Part shown: in pieces, positions 1-12,285 of the stretch
How positions within the stretch are numbered: the stretch's first letter is position 1
How the letters are laid out: every line of letters begins with the position of its first letter
Assembly: GCF_006345805.1 (NCBI RefSeq)
Contig: NC_043002.1
Location: forward strand, 116,250,001 to 116,314,000
Length of the DNA: 64,000 nt
Direction: 5' to 3'
Source of the DNA: Octopus sinensis
Taxonomy: Eukaryota
Program-made: the position numbers and the translations under genes
The notes under the pieces: generated by a model
What the model was told of the DNA's origin: nothing
The model's input: the letters and a program-made list of their open reading frames with translations, nothing else
Database searches by the model: none

Positions 1-172
1 TACATTGATTCCTCCGTGGTGTTGTTTTGCATTTATTATAAAATAAATATATATAAATTATAAAAATAATAAAAAATGTACAGTACTGTTTCTACTTCGC
101 GGATTTTCACTTAACGCGGGAGGAGGAAGAGGTTTGGAACGATACACCCGCGTTAGTCGAGGGATTACTGTA
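1..172. mobile_element. Terminal end of a pogo/Tigger-like DNA transposon
   Basis: Ends CTACTTCGCGGATTTTCACTTAACGCGG...CCCGCGTTAGTCGAGGGATTACTG followed by TA (171-172). The reverse complement CAGTAATCCCTCGACTAACGCG matches the Tigger-type TIR pattern I recall. The other end is outside the window. Confidence 0.6.
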
Positions 173-179
173 TAAAATT

Positions 180-1405
180 TTCTGGGTATGGAACTCCGAT
201 GGCGTTGGGGGCATGGGTATACTCCTTGCCGAAGAACGGGTTGATAAGATAATCGAGGTAGTCCGTCTGTGATAGAATACTTAAGCTTAGACTAGTGCTG
301 CAACATGGATTAGCAACCATTATCTCGGCCTATGCCATTCAGCTAGGGCTACCTCGAACAGAAAGACCGATTTTATGACACCCTCTTGCAGACGAATGAC
401 AGGGACCCTCTCTTTGTAGCTGGCGACTTCAATGGGAATGCTGGACAACGTACAGGGAGCTTCCATGGTGTGCATGCTGGCAACGGATTTGACGAGAAAG
501 AGGAGGTTATAGCATCACGTAATGTGGAGGACAACTGGAGGTTCCTACGGGACAACCTGTTGAGGGCTACTGACCAGATCTGTGGTGGTGCAAAGTCCCC
601 TCTCAACCTAAGGTGACATGGTGGTGGAACAGTGTAGTTGAAAAGAAACAGGCATGGAAGGACTGGAAGTGTGGTGGTAGCAGAGAACTGCATAAGATCG
701 CCAGAAGGGAAGCTAGGAGACATGTTTACTTTGTCAGAGAGGAAACAGATAAGAAGAAATTTGCCAATGTTCTGCGTCGTGAGGACCAGAGACTTGAAGT
801 GTTTCGAATTGCATGACAAGTGTGTGAGAGAAAATCACGATGTCATAGGAGAGAAATGTGTCTACATGGATGTCGCATAACTGACCCGTTTAAAAGCACC
901 CTTCAATCGTTGGGTAATATGCCGTGCTTGCGAAGACTTGTTGAACCGAGTGAAATCGTAGTCGTGGCCAATGCCTGTGCTACCTGACTGGCACCCTTGC
1001 CGGTGGCACGTAAAAAGGACCATTCGAGCGTGGTCAATGACAGTGCCGCCTGACTGGCACCCGTGCCGGTGGCACGTAAAAAGCACCATTCAAGCGTGGC
1101 CGATGCCAGTGCTGCTTGACTGGCACCCGTGCCGATGGCACGCAAGAAGCATATTCGAGCGTGGTCGATGACACCCATCTGACCCGTGCTGTGACATGTA
1201 AAAAGCACCATTGAGCGTGACCAATGTTCAGTACCGTCTGACTGGCACTCATGCCAGTGGTATGTAAAAGCACCCACTACACTCTCGGAGTAGTTGGCGT
1301 TACGAAGGGCATCCAGCTGTAGAAACCTTGCTAAATCAGATTGGAGCCTGGTACAGCCTCCCGGCTTTCTAGTTCTCAGTCAAACCGTCCACCCCATGCC
1401 AGTAT
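180..1405 (+). mobile_element. Internally deleted RTE-clade LINE (endonuclease relic, linker and 3' UTR; no RT)
   Basis: APE-endonuclease pieces GILLAEERVDKIIEVV / ATIISAYA / LFVAGDFNG and linker TWWWNSVVE..KQAWKDWK. The sequence then jumps to an RTE 3' end (GGCGTTACGAAGGGCATCCAGCTGTAGAAACC...CCCATGCCAG) shared with the copy at 58547-60254. Confidence 0.85.
960..1275 (+). repeat. 66-bp tandem repeat (about 5 units, later ones truncated) in the RTE 3' UTR
   Basis: TGACTGGCACCC starts at 985, 1051 and 1117 (period 66). Unit 1051-1116 is TGACTGGCACCCGTGCCGGTGGCACGTAAAAAGCACCATTCAAGCGTGGCCGATGCCAGTGCTGCT. The same unit occurs on the - strand near 58700-58870. Confidence 0.9.
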
Positions 1406-1409
1406 AGTG

Positions 1410-1960
1410 GCTCGCCAAAATGCCAGAAGAACGGAGAAAAAAGGCTTTGGGTGTATTAAGAGAAATTCCTAAGGAATCCCCAGCTCCAAAAAGAACACAA
1501 TGTTTTGAATATACAAAGTACTGGAACAGCATTTAAAATACACATACTTAAGTGGAATAAAATGCATTTTCACAGGTTTTTCATCTGAAGAATAAACTTC
1601 TAGGTATATCAAAATTTGTTAACTACTTATGAAAACAATTAAACAAATAATTTTGTGCAGATGTAAAAAAAACAATGTTAATCAATAGTTAATGTTGTTT
1701 CAAATTTTCAGAAGTACTGAAAACAACGACCTAGGATTTCTGTTTTATTCTGGTTTCATCAGCAAATAATAGTTTTTCTCCCCGATTAAGCATTTTAAGT
1801 TGTTTAATTCTCTCTGAATTATCTAGGTTAACACTGATTTAACAATTGTTTTTCATAGATGACGCTGCTGCATCATTTACCACCACTGATGCAAGTATAG
1901 CAAAAATAATAGTTTGCTGATGAGGTTAGAATAATACTGAAACGTGTCTGGAATTTCCTC
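1410..1960 (+). mobile_element. Possible degraded Penelope-like element 3' end with an inverted pair of hammerhead-like motifs
   Basis: Short frame ..RRKKALGV...KYWNSI* is weakly like a PLE GIY-YIG C-terminus. Homologous TTTGCTGATGA..AGAATAA.AC.GAAA motifs occur at 1724-1766 (-) and 1913-1952 (+). Confidence 0.35.
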
Positions 1961-4324
1961 TCGTACGTGTAGGTGTTAATTATTTCCAGTTAACTTTAAA
2001 GCTTCATACATTAAAATTGCTAACACTAATTTAAGTAATCAAGTACACCCAAGTTCACATTCATACATAAGTACAATTCAATTCATTATTATTGCAGTAC
2101 ATTTAAATCCACGGTATGTTTTCAGCTAGAGTTATTTCTGTGGCGAAAATCTTTGTAGTGTTAAGTCTTCTGAATATGTGACCTTGATTCGAGGTACATG
2201 ATTTATTTATTTATGACAGAATAATGTCATTCACTCATGAAAGGTGCATGATTCATAAGAAGTTATATTTTAAAGAGAAGTCATCTTTCATATAACGACA
2301 GTTACCTAGAGATCAAGGAAGCCATCTCGTTACTGAACTTTCTTCGGCTTTCATCATAAAAGAAATAGGTAAACATTAATATATTGCTTACTTGTAATTG
2401 ACTGCTGTTTGCATATAATATTTTGGACAAGATCAGTTTTGCTTAGTGTCTTACTATTAAAATCTAATTAGGAACAACTAAACTATTAAAATTGTTAGTT
2501 GATGTAATGCATCGTTGCGTTCACAAAATAATTTATTAAAGACTAAAACGATGGAAGAATAATAGCTGTTACAGTTCTCTATCCGACATTTGTACAAATG
2601 TATTGTCTAGCTTGAGTTATAAATTACAAAATATGATAGCTGTCACGTTGCCATTTACCATTCAAGATAACATCAATTGTTTATCGGAAGTACCAGACCA
2701 GACCAAACCAGACCAGACCAGACCTTTTTTATTCTCAGAAGCCCCCTTTCAGATCATTTCTCATGGGATTACTGTCAGTAAATAGGCTGGTATCATTTAT
2801 TTTATTACAGAATCCAATTAAAAATATTCAACCAGGAGTTGTTTAATAATACAATAAGTTAAATATCAGGAATGAATGTTTAATAAGTCTTCATCATATA
2901 ATTCTACACGTAATTGTCAGACAAGGGCTCGGCATAGATAAATGTATCTTCCTCTACAAGATTTGTTTTCAATTTAATTGGCAAGATAATAGCTGCGTCC
3001 TGGAACTGGCAAACATATGGAAATTTAGATAATTTTAAATTGAACAGGATTTATAAAAATATGTTAATTTCCTGGCAATAACTCAAAACGCAATCATTAA
3101 GAACTACAATGAAGATTTTATTTTAGTACTAAATTTAAAAGGAAGATTTTTATGACAAATATCAGAGGAAAAATTCTAACAAGAAATTGATAGCTTCGCA
3201 AATAAAAAGCGAGAGGCAGTAGTTTGGTGATGGGCTCATGTGTAAATGATTGGCAACCAGTGTTTTCCAGTTGATGTTTTATTGATTATTTGAAAATAAC
3301 ACTTGGCAGTAATAATTGTATGTCTATAAAACTAATTCTGTAATTAAGTAAAAGATAATCGTAATATATATATATATATATAACAACAAGAAAAATATAC
3401 TTTACTTGATGAAACAGAGGAGCCAAAGACATAAACATAGAATCTTTCAGATAAAATTCAGAGTTATTAGGTATAGATATTTTAAGGAATTACATGGGGT
3501 TGATAATGTTGATAATGTTGATAATGGGTGGAGTGCATTGGAAGTGTCGGGACAGGGTTGGACAAAATATCTTGTGACATTTGTTTATGTTTCTTAAGCT
3601 TTTAAATTCAGTTCCCGTTGTCAACATTGCTTTTTGTCCTCCCGTGAACCACGAACTAAGTGCTACTTAGGTACTGATATTCCGTGGTAGATGCATACTC
3701 AGAAAAGCTGGGTAATAAATGGGATTAAATTACTGATTGACACTAAATACAGCATAAAACATAATTGTTTTATTCATCACATTAACAGAAAATAAATGTA
3801 AGACAATATATGCTAATAAAAGGTTGATGTGATAATAATCTTACTTCTGAAGAGACGCAGGAGCAATTATGACATAAAACTATGAGAGTGAGCTAGCAGT
3901 AGCAACAGTGTACGAACTCTAAGGAATCAAAAACTTGATTATTTTAGTGCTTTCCAGAAATTATAGAAGAAAAATATAATAAATGAGGCTGGTTGGACAG
4001 AGACAGCTAATCACTGAGTGCTATCTGAACAAGTTCAAATGAAAGATATTTATAAACAAATCAACATTGGTATATCTTCCAATCTTAAAAACGATGCAAC
4101 ATTCACTTTGTATATTTTCTTCAAGAGTTTAAGGTCTTCCTTAAATACCATACAAAATTTGGAATTTCCTCTGCGTACACATACTAAAATAGATCTTTGT
4201 TACACTCTCGCTCTTTTCCATATTTTTATGTGAAGAGGTGCAACATGCTAGAGCTAACTTCACCCCACGCAAAACTTATCAATTTCTCTCTCTAAAAGGA
4301 TAGTTGCAGGATTTTAGAAAAACG

Positions 4325-4620
4325 TTACAGTGAGTCCTATTACCAAAAAGGACAACGCCTTTGATTCTGCCAACCATAACCCTATTGTACTCACTCCCAA
4401 CATCTTAAAGACTACAGAGACAGACTTATCCATCACACTATTTTTTTTTCTTTGCTGACCACTACAGTTTCGTAGAGCCAGTACTCCTGGATACTTGTCC
4501 CTCATTCATTCACAAATGGGTTCCCTTCTTTGAAACATTCGGTGAAAATAGTGTTGTTGCTCACGACATCAGTAAAGTTTCTGACCGTGTCTGCGGAAAT
4601 TTCATGACAAAACTTGCGGA
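4325..4620 (+). mobile_element. Degenerate CR1/L2/Jockey-like RT fragment
   Basis: Frameshifted SPI.KKDNAFDSANHNPIVLT ... FGENSVVAHDISKVSDRV, matching the RT motifs PIxKKG..NYRPI and ALDISKAFDRV. Confidence 0.6.
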
Positions 4621-4624
4621 GAGA

Positions 4625-5760
4625 TATTATGTCTTGTAGCAATTATAGACAGACATAGTATGTAGTAGAGATTATCGATACATATTATATTTGGTATAGT
4701 TTATATTGTTATTAATAATTTTATGGAGAGATTATAGATAAACGTTATGCGTAAGAGTGACTAGGCGTTATAAGTAGTAGACTTTTTATTGATGAATATC
4801 TTGTGTAATAGCGATTGTAGACAGACAGTTATGTTATAAAAATTGTATTCCTAGTTATTATAGAGTTGAGATTGAAGAGTAGAGATTTTAAATAATCGTT
4901 ATATGCTGTATAGATTTTATTGATAGGTATTATATTTAGTAGAAATTGAAGAGATAGACATTATTTGCAATAGCGATTATATTAACACTCTGCATATCAT
5001 AGTACAGATTTTAGATAATTATGAGCTGGATAAATCGCATTGAAACATTATATTTCGTAGAAATTGTATCAATGGATATTATATATAACTTAATTGTATT
5101 CATAGACATTATATAGACTAGACATTGTGTTGATAGATATCATATGAACATGTAGGAGAGGTTATATGGATAGATATTCTGTATAGCTGGGAATTTTGTG
5201 TAGACATACATTGCTTTGTAGGGATTTAATTAACATACATTATATCTAGTAGGGAATGTATTGATAGTCATCGTAAGCAGTAAAAATTGGAGACAAATAC
5301 TAAACATTGTAGAAATTGTGCTGGTAGGCATTATTATATGTTGTAGGGAAAGTCTAACAGATTTTTGATAAACATTATATATAGTGGAAACTGTATTATA
5401 GACATGTATTACAGACACGCGTAATGTTTATAGATAAACATTAGTGTACGGGACATTATATACCTAAACATCATGTATACTAGACATTCTAGATACAATG
5501 TGCAGCCGAGTTTTATATTATTAAAATTAAGTGTATAAATTAATTTCATTGATAAAGCGTTTATGTAGTGGAGGCAGGATTTACAAATATTACTGTAATG
5601 GAGGTTGTTTGATAGATATGTGGCAGAATTTCAAGATTAACGTATTATGTTGCAGAGATTGTACGACTCAACACTATACACAGTGAATCTTATAGATAAA
5701 CAGCATATTTTGTTGTATTGCGTTTAGCAGAATTTCTATCGATATACACTTGTATAGTAA
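4625..5760 (-). repeat. Degenerate 31-bp minisatellite, block 1 (G/T-rich orientation)
   Basis: Recurrent AGA(G/T)TTGTATTGATAGACATTATGTGTAGT-like units; reverse complement of the arrays at 12930-15510 and 18560-19565. Confidence 0.75.
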
Positions 5761-5928
5761 TACATTAGCATATTGTTCCTATCTACCCATCATTTGCGTA
5801 ACGCTAAGGGAAGTAACTCGAAAGAAGAAAGATAAGGTAAGAGACGGTGGTAAATAGAAACAGAGATACAAATAGATACATGCAAGAAAATGATGCTGAG
5901 ATTAAATCACGATGATAGATAGATAAAT

Positions 5929-5931
<3 letters not shown>

Positions 5932-5977
<46 letters not shown>
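5932..5977. repeat. (GA)n microsatellite
   Basis: Uninterrupted GA dinucleotide run. Confidence 0.95.
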
Positions 5978-5980
<3 letters not shown>

Positions 5981-6171
5981 GAAGAGAAGAAAGTATATAA
6001 AAAAATAGTAAGGTTTGTGACGTCACTGCGTCTTTAGTTATCTCATTTTCTTAATCCCTTTCTTTTTTTCTCTCTTTCTCTGACTTCACAGTATTTTTGA
6101 ATTGTATCTTAGTATTAAAAAACTATTTTTCTGCAAAAACGGGAAAATGCTAAGATTTTCAATATACCTAT

Positions 6172-6188
6172 ACGTATGTATGTATGAA

Positions 6189-6221
<33 letters not shown>

Positions 6222-6243
6222 TGTATGTATGTATGTATGTATG
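6172..6243. repeat. (TATG)n/(TACA)n microsatellite at the 3' side of R4-like copy 1
   Basis: Direct tetranucleotide run. Confidence 0.95.
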
Positions 6244-6806
6244 TCTCTTCTGTTTTTTTAATTATTATACTGAGGTGGGAGCCGGTTTCCAACAAAGACA
6301 CAAAGGCTCCATCCTTGGGATGTAGTTAACACAGACAAATTCACATTTGAAACTTGAGAAAAGTCTTGCATATTTTTACTGTTCCACTCACAGATTGCAT
6401 TTGTAATGCACGAATTAACCAGATTCTCCTTTAAGCATTTACTAACAGAACCTAGTGCTCCAATTATTATTGGAATGAATATGAATTCATAGTCTGGATA
6501 TAGAAGCTGGAGGTTTCGAAGCAGTTGTCCATAGATATCCTCTTTTTCTTGGATTTTCAAAGAGATATTTATATCTGCAGGGTATCTAACCTCTATGATG
6601 GTACATACTTTTGCCCCTCTGTCCCAAACAACAATATCCGGCCTGTTATGTTTACATTTGGCAGAGGTTTTGAGGGGAATATTCCACCAGTATTCCTTGA
6701 GTTGGTGTTTATGAATGTATTCCATAACAGAGGGATTTTCTAAGTTTATTTCAGGACAGTCTTTTTTGCGGATGGCATTGTAAATTGCCTTAGCAACAAC
6801 ATCGTG
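6244..6806 (-). mobile_element. 5'-truncated R4/Dong-like non-LTR retrotransposon (restriction-like endonuclease domain), copy 1
   Basis: HDVVAKAIY...WWNIPLKT..KHNRPDIVVWD...IIEVRYPADINI..KIQEKEDIY..L...PIIIGALG is a PD-(D/E)xK RLE domain. It aligns by eye with high identity to 54945-55511. Confidence 0.85.
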
Positions 6807-6925
6807 TACGTACGTACGTATGTATGTATGTATGTATGTATGTATGTATGTATGTATGTATGTATGTATGTATGTATGTATGTTCGTACGTACATACGTA
6901 CGTACATACATACATACATACATAC
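6807..6925. repeat. (TATG)n/(TACG)n/(TACA)n microsatellite at the 5' side of R4-like copy 1
   Basis: Direct tetranucleotide runs. Confidence 0.95.
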
Positions 6926-7959
6926 ACACATGCAAGAATATTGAGTATCAAGCGAGAACAATTACTGTAAAGTGATCAATTAGACGATCTAACTACACTG
7001 TCAGTTAGCTCCCCCATGATAATAATGACAGTAGTAACAGCAGCAGCAGCAGCAGCGACACAACAACAGCAACAACCAATATAAATGTTATCTGGCTGGT
7101 TGATTTCTCTCCTTACGATGTAAACAGTAGATGGAGAAATCAACGAACATAAACGGGAAGAGTAGAAGAGAAGTAGAGAAAGGTAACATAAGAGGTGTAG
7201 GGTAAGTGCTATGTAGCTTGGTGGCAGGCAATGATCATAGAAACGTTAGAGAAAGAGACAAAGAGAGAGAGAGGAGAGAGAAATCCTAAAAGACAGATAA
7301 GGGGAGGGTCTTTAACAATGCTTTTTCTTAGATAGGCATAGTCTGCACTTTCTGCTACTGTTAAATATTTTTCACTTGATTTAATCCGTGTCACTTTTCT
7401 TCAACAACCAGAGCTATGATTATCTTACATTACTGATATGTTTTTTTTTTAGTTGGTCACAGCTCAGTAGGGCAGCTTCACTCAATGGGGATGTGGGTTC
7501 AAGCCTGACAATATGTACCTATCTCTGATTTGAAAATAAGGGTAGAATACAGTGTATCAAGACTTACTAAAGTTTTACTAACATTGTTATGCAGTAGCAA
7601 AATAATATTATAGATAAGTCATGTTTTCGGTCTCATTCCATATTTACTTCATGGCATGTTTATTTCATGATAAAAAAAAAAAAAGATATCAACTCTCAAG
7701 TTCGAAAAGACAAATGTATAACAAGGGATGTAGTATTCAAAGATGGCGTGTCCTGAAACTACAAATTCAACTCTACATATGTGGATTTCTGCATCAACTG
7801 AAGAATCAAATGTTTCAAAAGAGATACACTTTCAAAAGAAATTATGTATTTCATGGCTCTCTATAAACATATAAGCATCTTAGAAATTTCAAAATAACCG
7901 TGGAATTTGCATTTGTATTGCTAGTCTTATTTTACAGAAATTACGCATATATTATGTTC

Positions 7960-8860
7960 AACAGAGGTTGTATTCATAGATGTTATGTGTAGTAGAGGTT
8001 ATAATGACAGATGTTACTTGTAAAAAAGATTGTAGTACAGGAGAAGAGGGTGTATTAATTGATATTAGTTATAGCAGATTAGTAGATGTTGGTTATGTTG
8101 TATAGTAGATATGTGTATAGTAGATATTGTTTTGATAATCACTATATGAAGTAGATATTATATTAACAGATACGTGTAGAAGGGAGTGAGTGATTATATG
8201 TTTTAAAGATTGTATTAATAAGCCTTATGTATAGATGATGCACTGATAGACACTGTATGTAGTAGAGAATGCTTTCATAGATATTTGGTGTTGTAGAAAT
8301 TTACTATATTATGGATAGTCGATATTTGACAGATGTGTTTAGTAGAGGAAGCAGATAAACAGTCAGTGTAGTAGGGTATATTCAATAAATATTTGTAGCA
8401 GGAATTATGTGTAGAAAATATGTAGATAGATATGTGTTGTGTGTTATTAGAGATTGTAACCCTGAATGCAGATCGATATTGTGTGTATATTGATGTTCAT
8501 TATGCGTAAGAGCGTTTGTGTTGACAGATATTATACGTTATAGTCAATGTACAGATAGGTATTCCGGCTAATAGATGCTTAGAAGAACATTTATTCTTAG
8601 TCGGTATGTGGTAATGTACAAGGGATTGAATTCAAAGACATTAAATACAGAAGAAATTTCCTTTAGATATTATGTTTAATATAGTCTGTGCAGATAGATA
8701 AATATAGCTATTGTAGATAGACCTTATGTATAGAAAGAATTTGTGTTCAGAGACACTTTATATCATAAAAACTGTAATTAGACATTATGTGTTGTTGAAA
8801 TTGTATTAAATGACATAAATTTATAGCAGAAATGATGTCGATAGACATGATGTGTAAGAC
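7960..8860 (-). repeat. Degenerate 31-bp minisatellite, block 2 (G/T-rich orientation)
   Basis: AGAGGTT recurs at 7963 and 7994 (period 31). Example unit: AGAGGTTGTATTCATAGATGTTATGTGTAGT. Confidence 0.75.
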
Positions 8861-8899
8861 AAATATACAATGTGCTGAAGATGCTGCTGTTAGCCATTT

Positions 8900-9900
8900 C
8901 TGAATGCGAGAGTCAGGCGATGATGTAGCAGATCTGTAAGTGTCCGGTCCCTTCCACTGCAACACAAAAGCTCACCGGGGCCATCCACTCATGTAGATGG
9001 CGTAACTCTTGCACAACAGGGAAAAATAGTTGAGTTAGACGTTGTGACTATTAGCCAATTCCATTCTAGATTCTATTGAATAGAAGTTCTCTGTACTAAA
9101 CATACAAAATGTCTTTGTTTTGAATCTGACGTTAGTTTTCTCTGCGGCTTCTGACAGTTTCCTCTAAAAGTGTTTTTTTCTTTGTCTTTTTCCAAGGTTT
9201 CTGAGTGAGTCCTGGTTCCAATAAATCTTCCACAGGAAGGCATATTTCTCCAATCCCGTATTTTTGAAGAGTTTAACCAGCACTATACATTCTGTCCTTC
9301 ATGTCATATATATGTTTTCCAGGCGGCTGTTCCTGAGATGTTCGCTTCCCAGGAGACTTCCTTCCTCTGCATCACATAATAAGGTCAGGCATTTTGGGGG
9401 TAAAAAGGTGGGAGCAGTGTTTACAACTGACACTGTCTACGCCTCTTACCACTTTGGATTGGTCTCCATTCTCACAATCGTTGCCTTGGAACGTTCGTCT
9501 TCCGTGAAAAACTTTATCCTTCCATTCTTCAATACTTGTGGTTTTCCGCTATTAATTCTCTTAACCTTCTCCTTCACCACACTAGTCAGTACTCTAAGCA
9601 CTTGATTATGCTACGAGTATCTATTTTAGACTGGAGTTGGAGAATATGTGCATCACCATTCCAACCACACCACATCTGCACAGGTCATTCTTCTATATTT
9701 CCCAACGCTTTAGGTTTGCGGGATTAGAAAGCATGTCGTAGAAGAAGCGAATCAAAAGACTGCTTCTGGTCGTCTCACAGGACCAAAGTTCTTTCCATCC
9801 TATTTTCCACTTTACTACAAAGTCTCTGACTCTGTTAGTTACACTCCAACAAATCCGCTGAGCGTCTTCGCGCCTTTTTCTTCTTTAACTTGTTGCATAT
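8900..9900 (-). mobile_element. Degenerate HERO-like (RLE-type) non-LTR retrotransposon 3' fragment
   Basis: Minus-strand pieces in mixed frames: WKELWSCETTRSSLLIRFFYDML, PANLKRW, a zinc-knuckle-like region, PDLIM, WEANIS and RKLSEAAEKT. These match HERO/NeSL C-terminal motifs I recall (SVYDVLPSPANL..W, RPD, VPWEENI, LSEAAE). Confidence 0.6.
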
Positions 9901-10599
9901 AGGATCCCTACATTTCTTTTAATTCATGCCATAGTATGATCTGAACGTGGAATTTCAGTGGCCTCCCCTATTAGTTTGCGTGAATCATATTTAAGTAATG
10001 TCACAAAATTTTCCATTACCTCAAATGCCCCTCAAATTCTCTCAGTATTAAGTTCTGTAGGAGAGGAACAGTTGACATAATCGTTCGAATGGCACAGTTC
10101 CTGGATCCGTAGGATACTGTGACTGGTTCTAGTTGAAGGTTTCCCTGTATGAGGAGGACTGCATCATCCATGTATTCACATATTTTTGATACTATATATA
10201 CTTTTTTCTTATTTCCCTTCCCCTTTTCCAAACTCTACTCCTCCGTTTTTATCTAAAGCCCCACAAAATAAAAATGTAACTTGCCTTTGTGATGTTTCCT
10301 TTCAATAGACAATGCTGTGTCAAATAAAAGAAGTCGCCGTCGTCGTTATTCTTGTTTACATTATTGTTGGTGTGCTTTATATAAGCTGTTCCAAGTCTCA
10401 CTAAAAGACCTCAAGTAACAGCAAGTTGAACGTTTGACGTCATTGTTATTGCTTGCTTCCTCGTCATATCTGATACCGTTATTACTGCCTCTGCTATTGC
10501 TAACGTTCATGGTGGTAGTAAGATTTGGGTTAATAGCTTAGTTAGAGCCACATTTGTATTTATTAGCCAGGATATGTACTGTTTTGTGTTTGTGGTTGC

Positions 10600-10995
10600 T
10601 GTTGCTTTTATTGTTTTTGCTGTTATTTCTGTTGCTGTTGAGCGTAGCGGTCTCCGTCCAGTGGGATAAGTCCGAAACGTGGTCCTTTGCTATTCGTAAG
10701 ACCTGAGGAAGAGGAAGCAGGTCAACCCCCGACACCGAGAGCATTGACGGATGGATGAATGCGCATCCAGGCTCAGCGGTTGCGTAGGAAGTCGGGGACA
10801 AGAAAAAGGAAGAAAGAATGAGAGAAAGTTGGAGTGAAAGAGTACAACAGGGGTCGCCCCCCACCCTGCCGGAGTCTCGTGGAGCTTTAGGTGTTTTTGC
10901 TCAATAAACACACACGACGCCCGGTCTGGGAATCGAAACCGCGATCCTCCGACCGCGAGTCCGCTGCCCTAACCATTGGGCCATTGCCCCTCCAC
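10600..10995 (-). mobile_element. tRNA-derived SINE, family A (OR1/OR2-like), with (AAC)-rich tail
   Basis: Head GTGGAGGGGCAATGGCCCAATGGTTAGGGCAGCGG...GGTTTCGATTCCCAG carries Pol III A and B boxes. It shares the 5' half with 33691-34078. Confidence 0.8.
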
Positions 10996-11889
10996 TTGCT
11001 GTTGCTGCTGCAGCTGTTGTTCCTGTTGTCGTTATTGCTGTTGCTCAGTGATCGTTCATGTTGTTATTGCTTCTGTTATTTCCCAGTTCCCAATTTTAGC
11101 GAAGGTTTCCCCCCTATTTCAGTCGGACAATTAATAGTGCTAATCTTCTTAGATATGGCGTATTTCTATGGTAATCTAACCATTTGCCTGTCCAAAGCAG
11201 TTTTGTAAGTTTGTCTTAAGTGTCCATGCTTATTTTCAAACATTTAGTTGGCCTTTGTTTCATACATCTTGAATAATACAAAGCTTTCCAGTCTTAAGTC
11301 CTAAGTTACTCTCTGGTGGTTGGAAAATAAATTGGGAATGCGTATCGTATATGATACATGGCTACCAGGGAGATATGTCCTGTGCATCTCATGTGGCACA
11401 CAAGACAAGTAAAGGATTAAGGACAGATAATTCGTATGACACTTGTACAAGCTATATATTTTGATGGGGTTGTTTGTGTGTCTATGTTGAAGTTGTTCAG
11501 TAGTGTGCAGACAGTATAATAATTCTAAGAATGGTATTTTTTTTCTTACTTAGCTCTGGTTGTTTCATTCACCTTATTTGATAATTAAGTCTCTGTTACA
11601 CATATGGTTTACTCAGCGGGATAACAAACACGAGTATCACTCTCTTTGATATTGTGAAGGTAATTTTTAATTCTTATAGTAGAACACTTGTCATTTTTTC
11701 GCACTTGCTGATTTTAAGCCATCGATTAGTTAAATGATTAATTAGTTGACAAATAATAATTAAAAAATGAAAGAGAACATGTGCGAGTACTTTATTAGCA
11801 AAATGACCATCACACCGAAACATAATTTCACATCAAGAGTATTACAAAAGAAATAGAAAGACGATTTATCAATATATTTTACACATAAT

Positions 11890-12121
<232 letters not shown>

Positions 12122-12243
12122 GAATGTTTGAAGTGGTGTACAGATATTGAGAAAAAGGTTTTAAGTTTTGTCTTGAAGAGCTCTGTTAATGAACAAAAGC
12201 GCTAATAAACAATTATCCAAAATTCTGACTGCCTCTTTTTTCT

Positions 12244-12283
<40 letters not shown>

Positions 12284-12285
<2 letters not shown>

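Noticed and set aside
960-1275. CRISPR-like appearance of the 66-bp repeats
   Set aside because: The whole unit repeats with no unique spacers, there are no cas genes, and it lies in a eukaryotic LINE 3' UTR.
7035-7075. CAG/CAA run as a polyglutamine exon
   Set aside because: No surrounding ORF or splice context; a simple repeat.
10920-10995. tRNA genes suggested by A/B boxes (here and at other SINE heads)
   Set aside because: There is no complete cloverleaf with a paired acceptor stem, and each continues into a SINE body.
11100-11760. Possible ancient PLE relic on the minus strand
   Set aside because: Only vague similarity; no diagnostic motif could be read.
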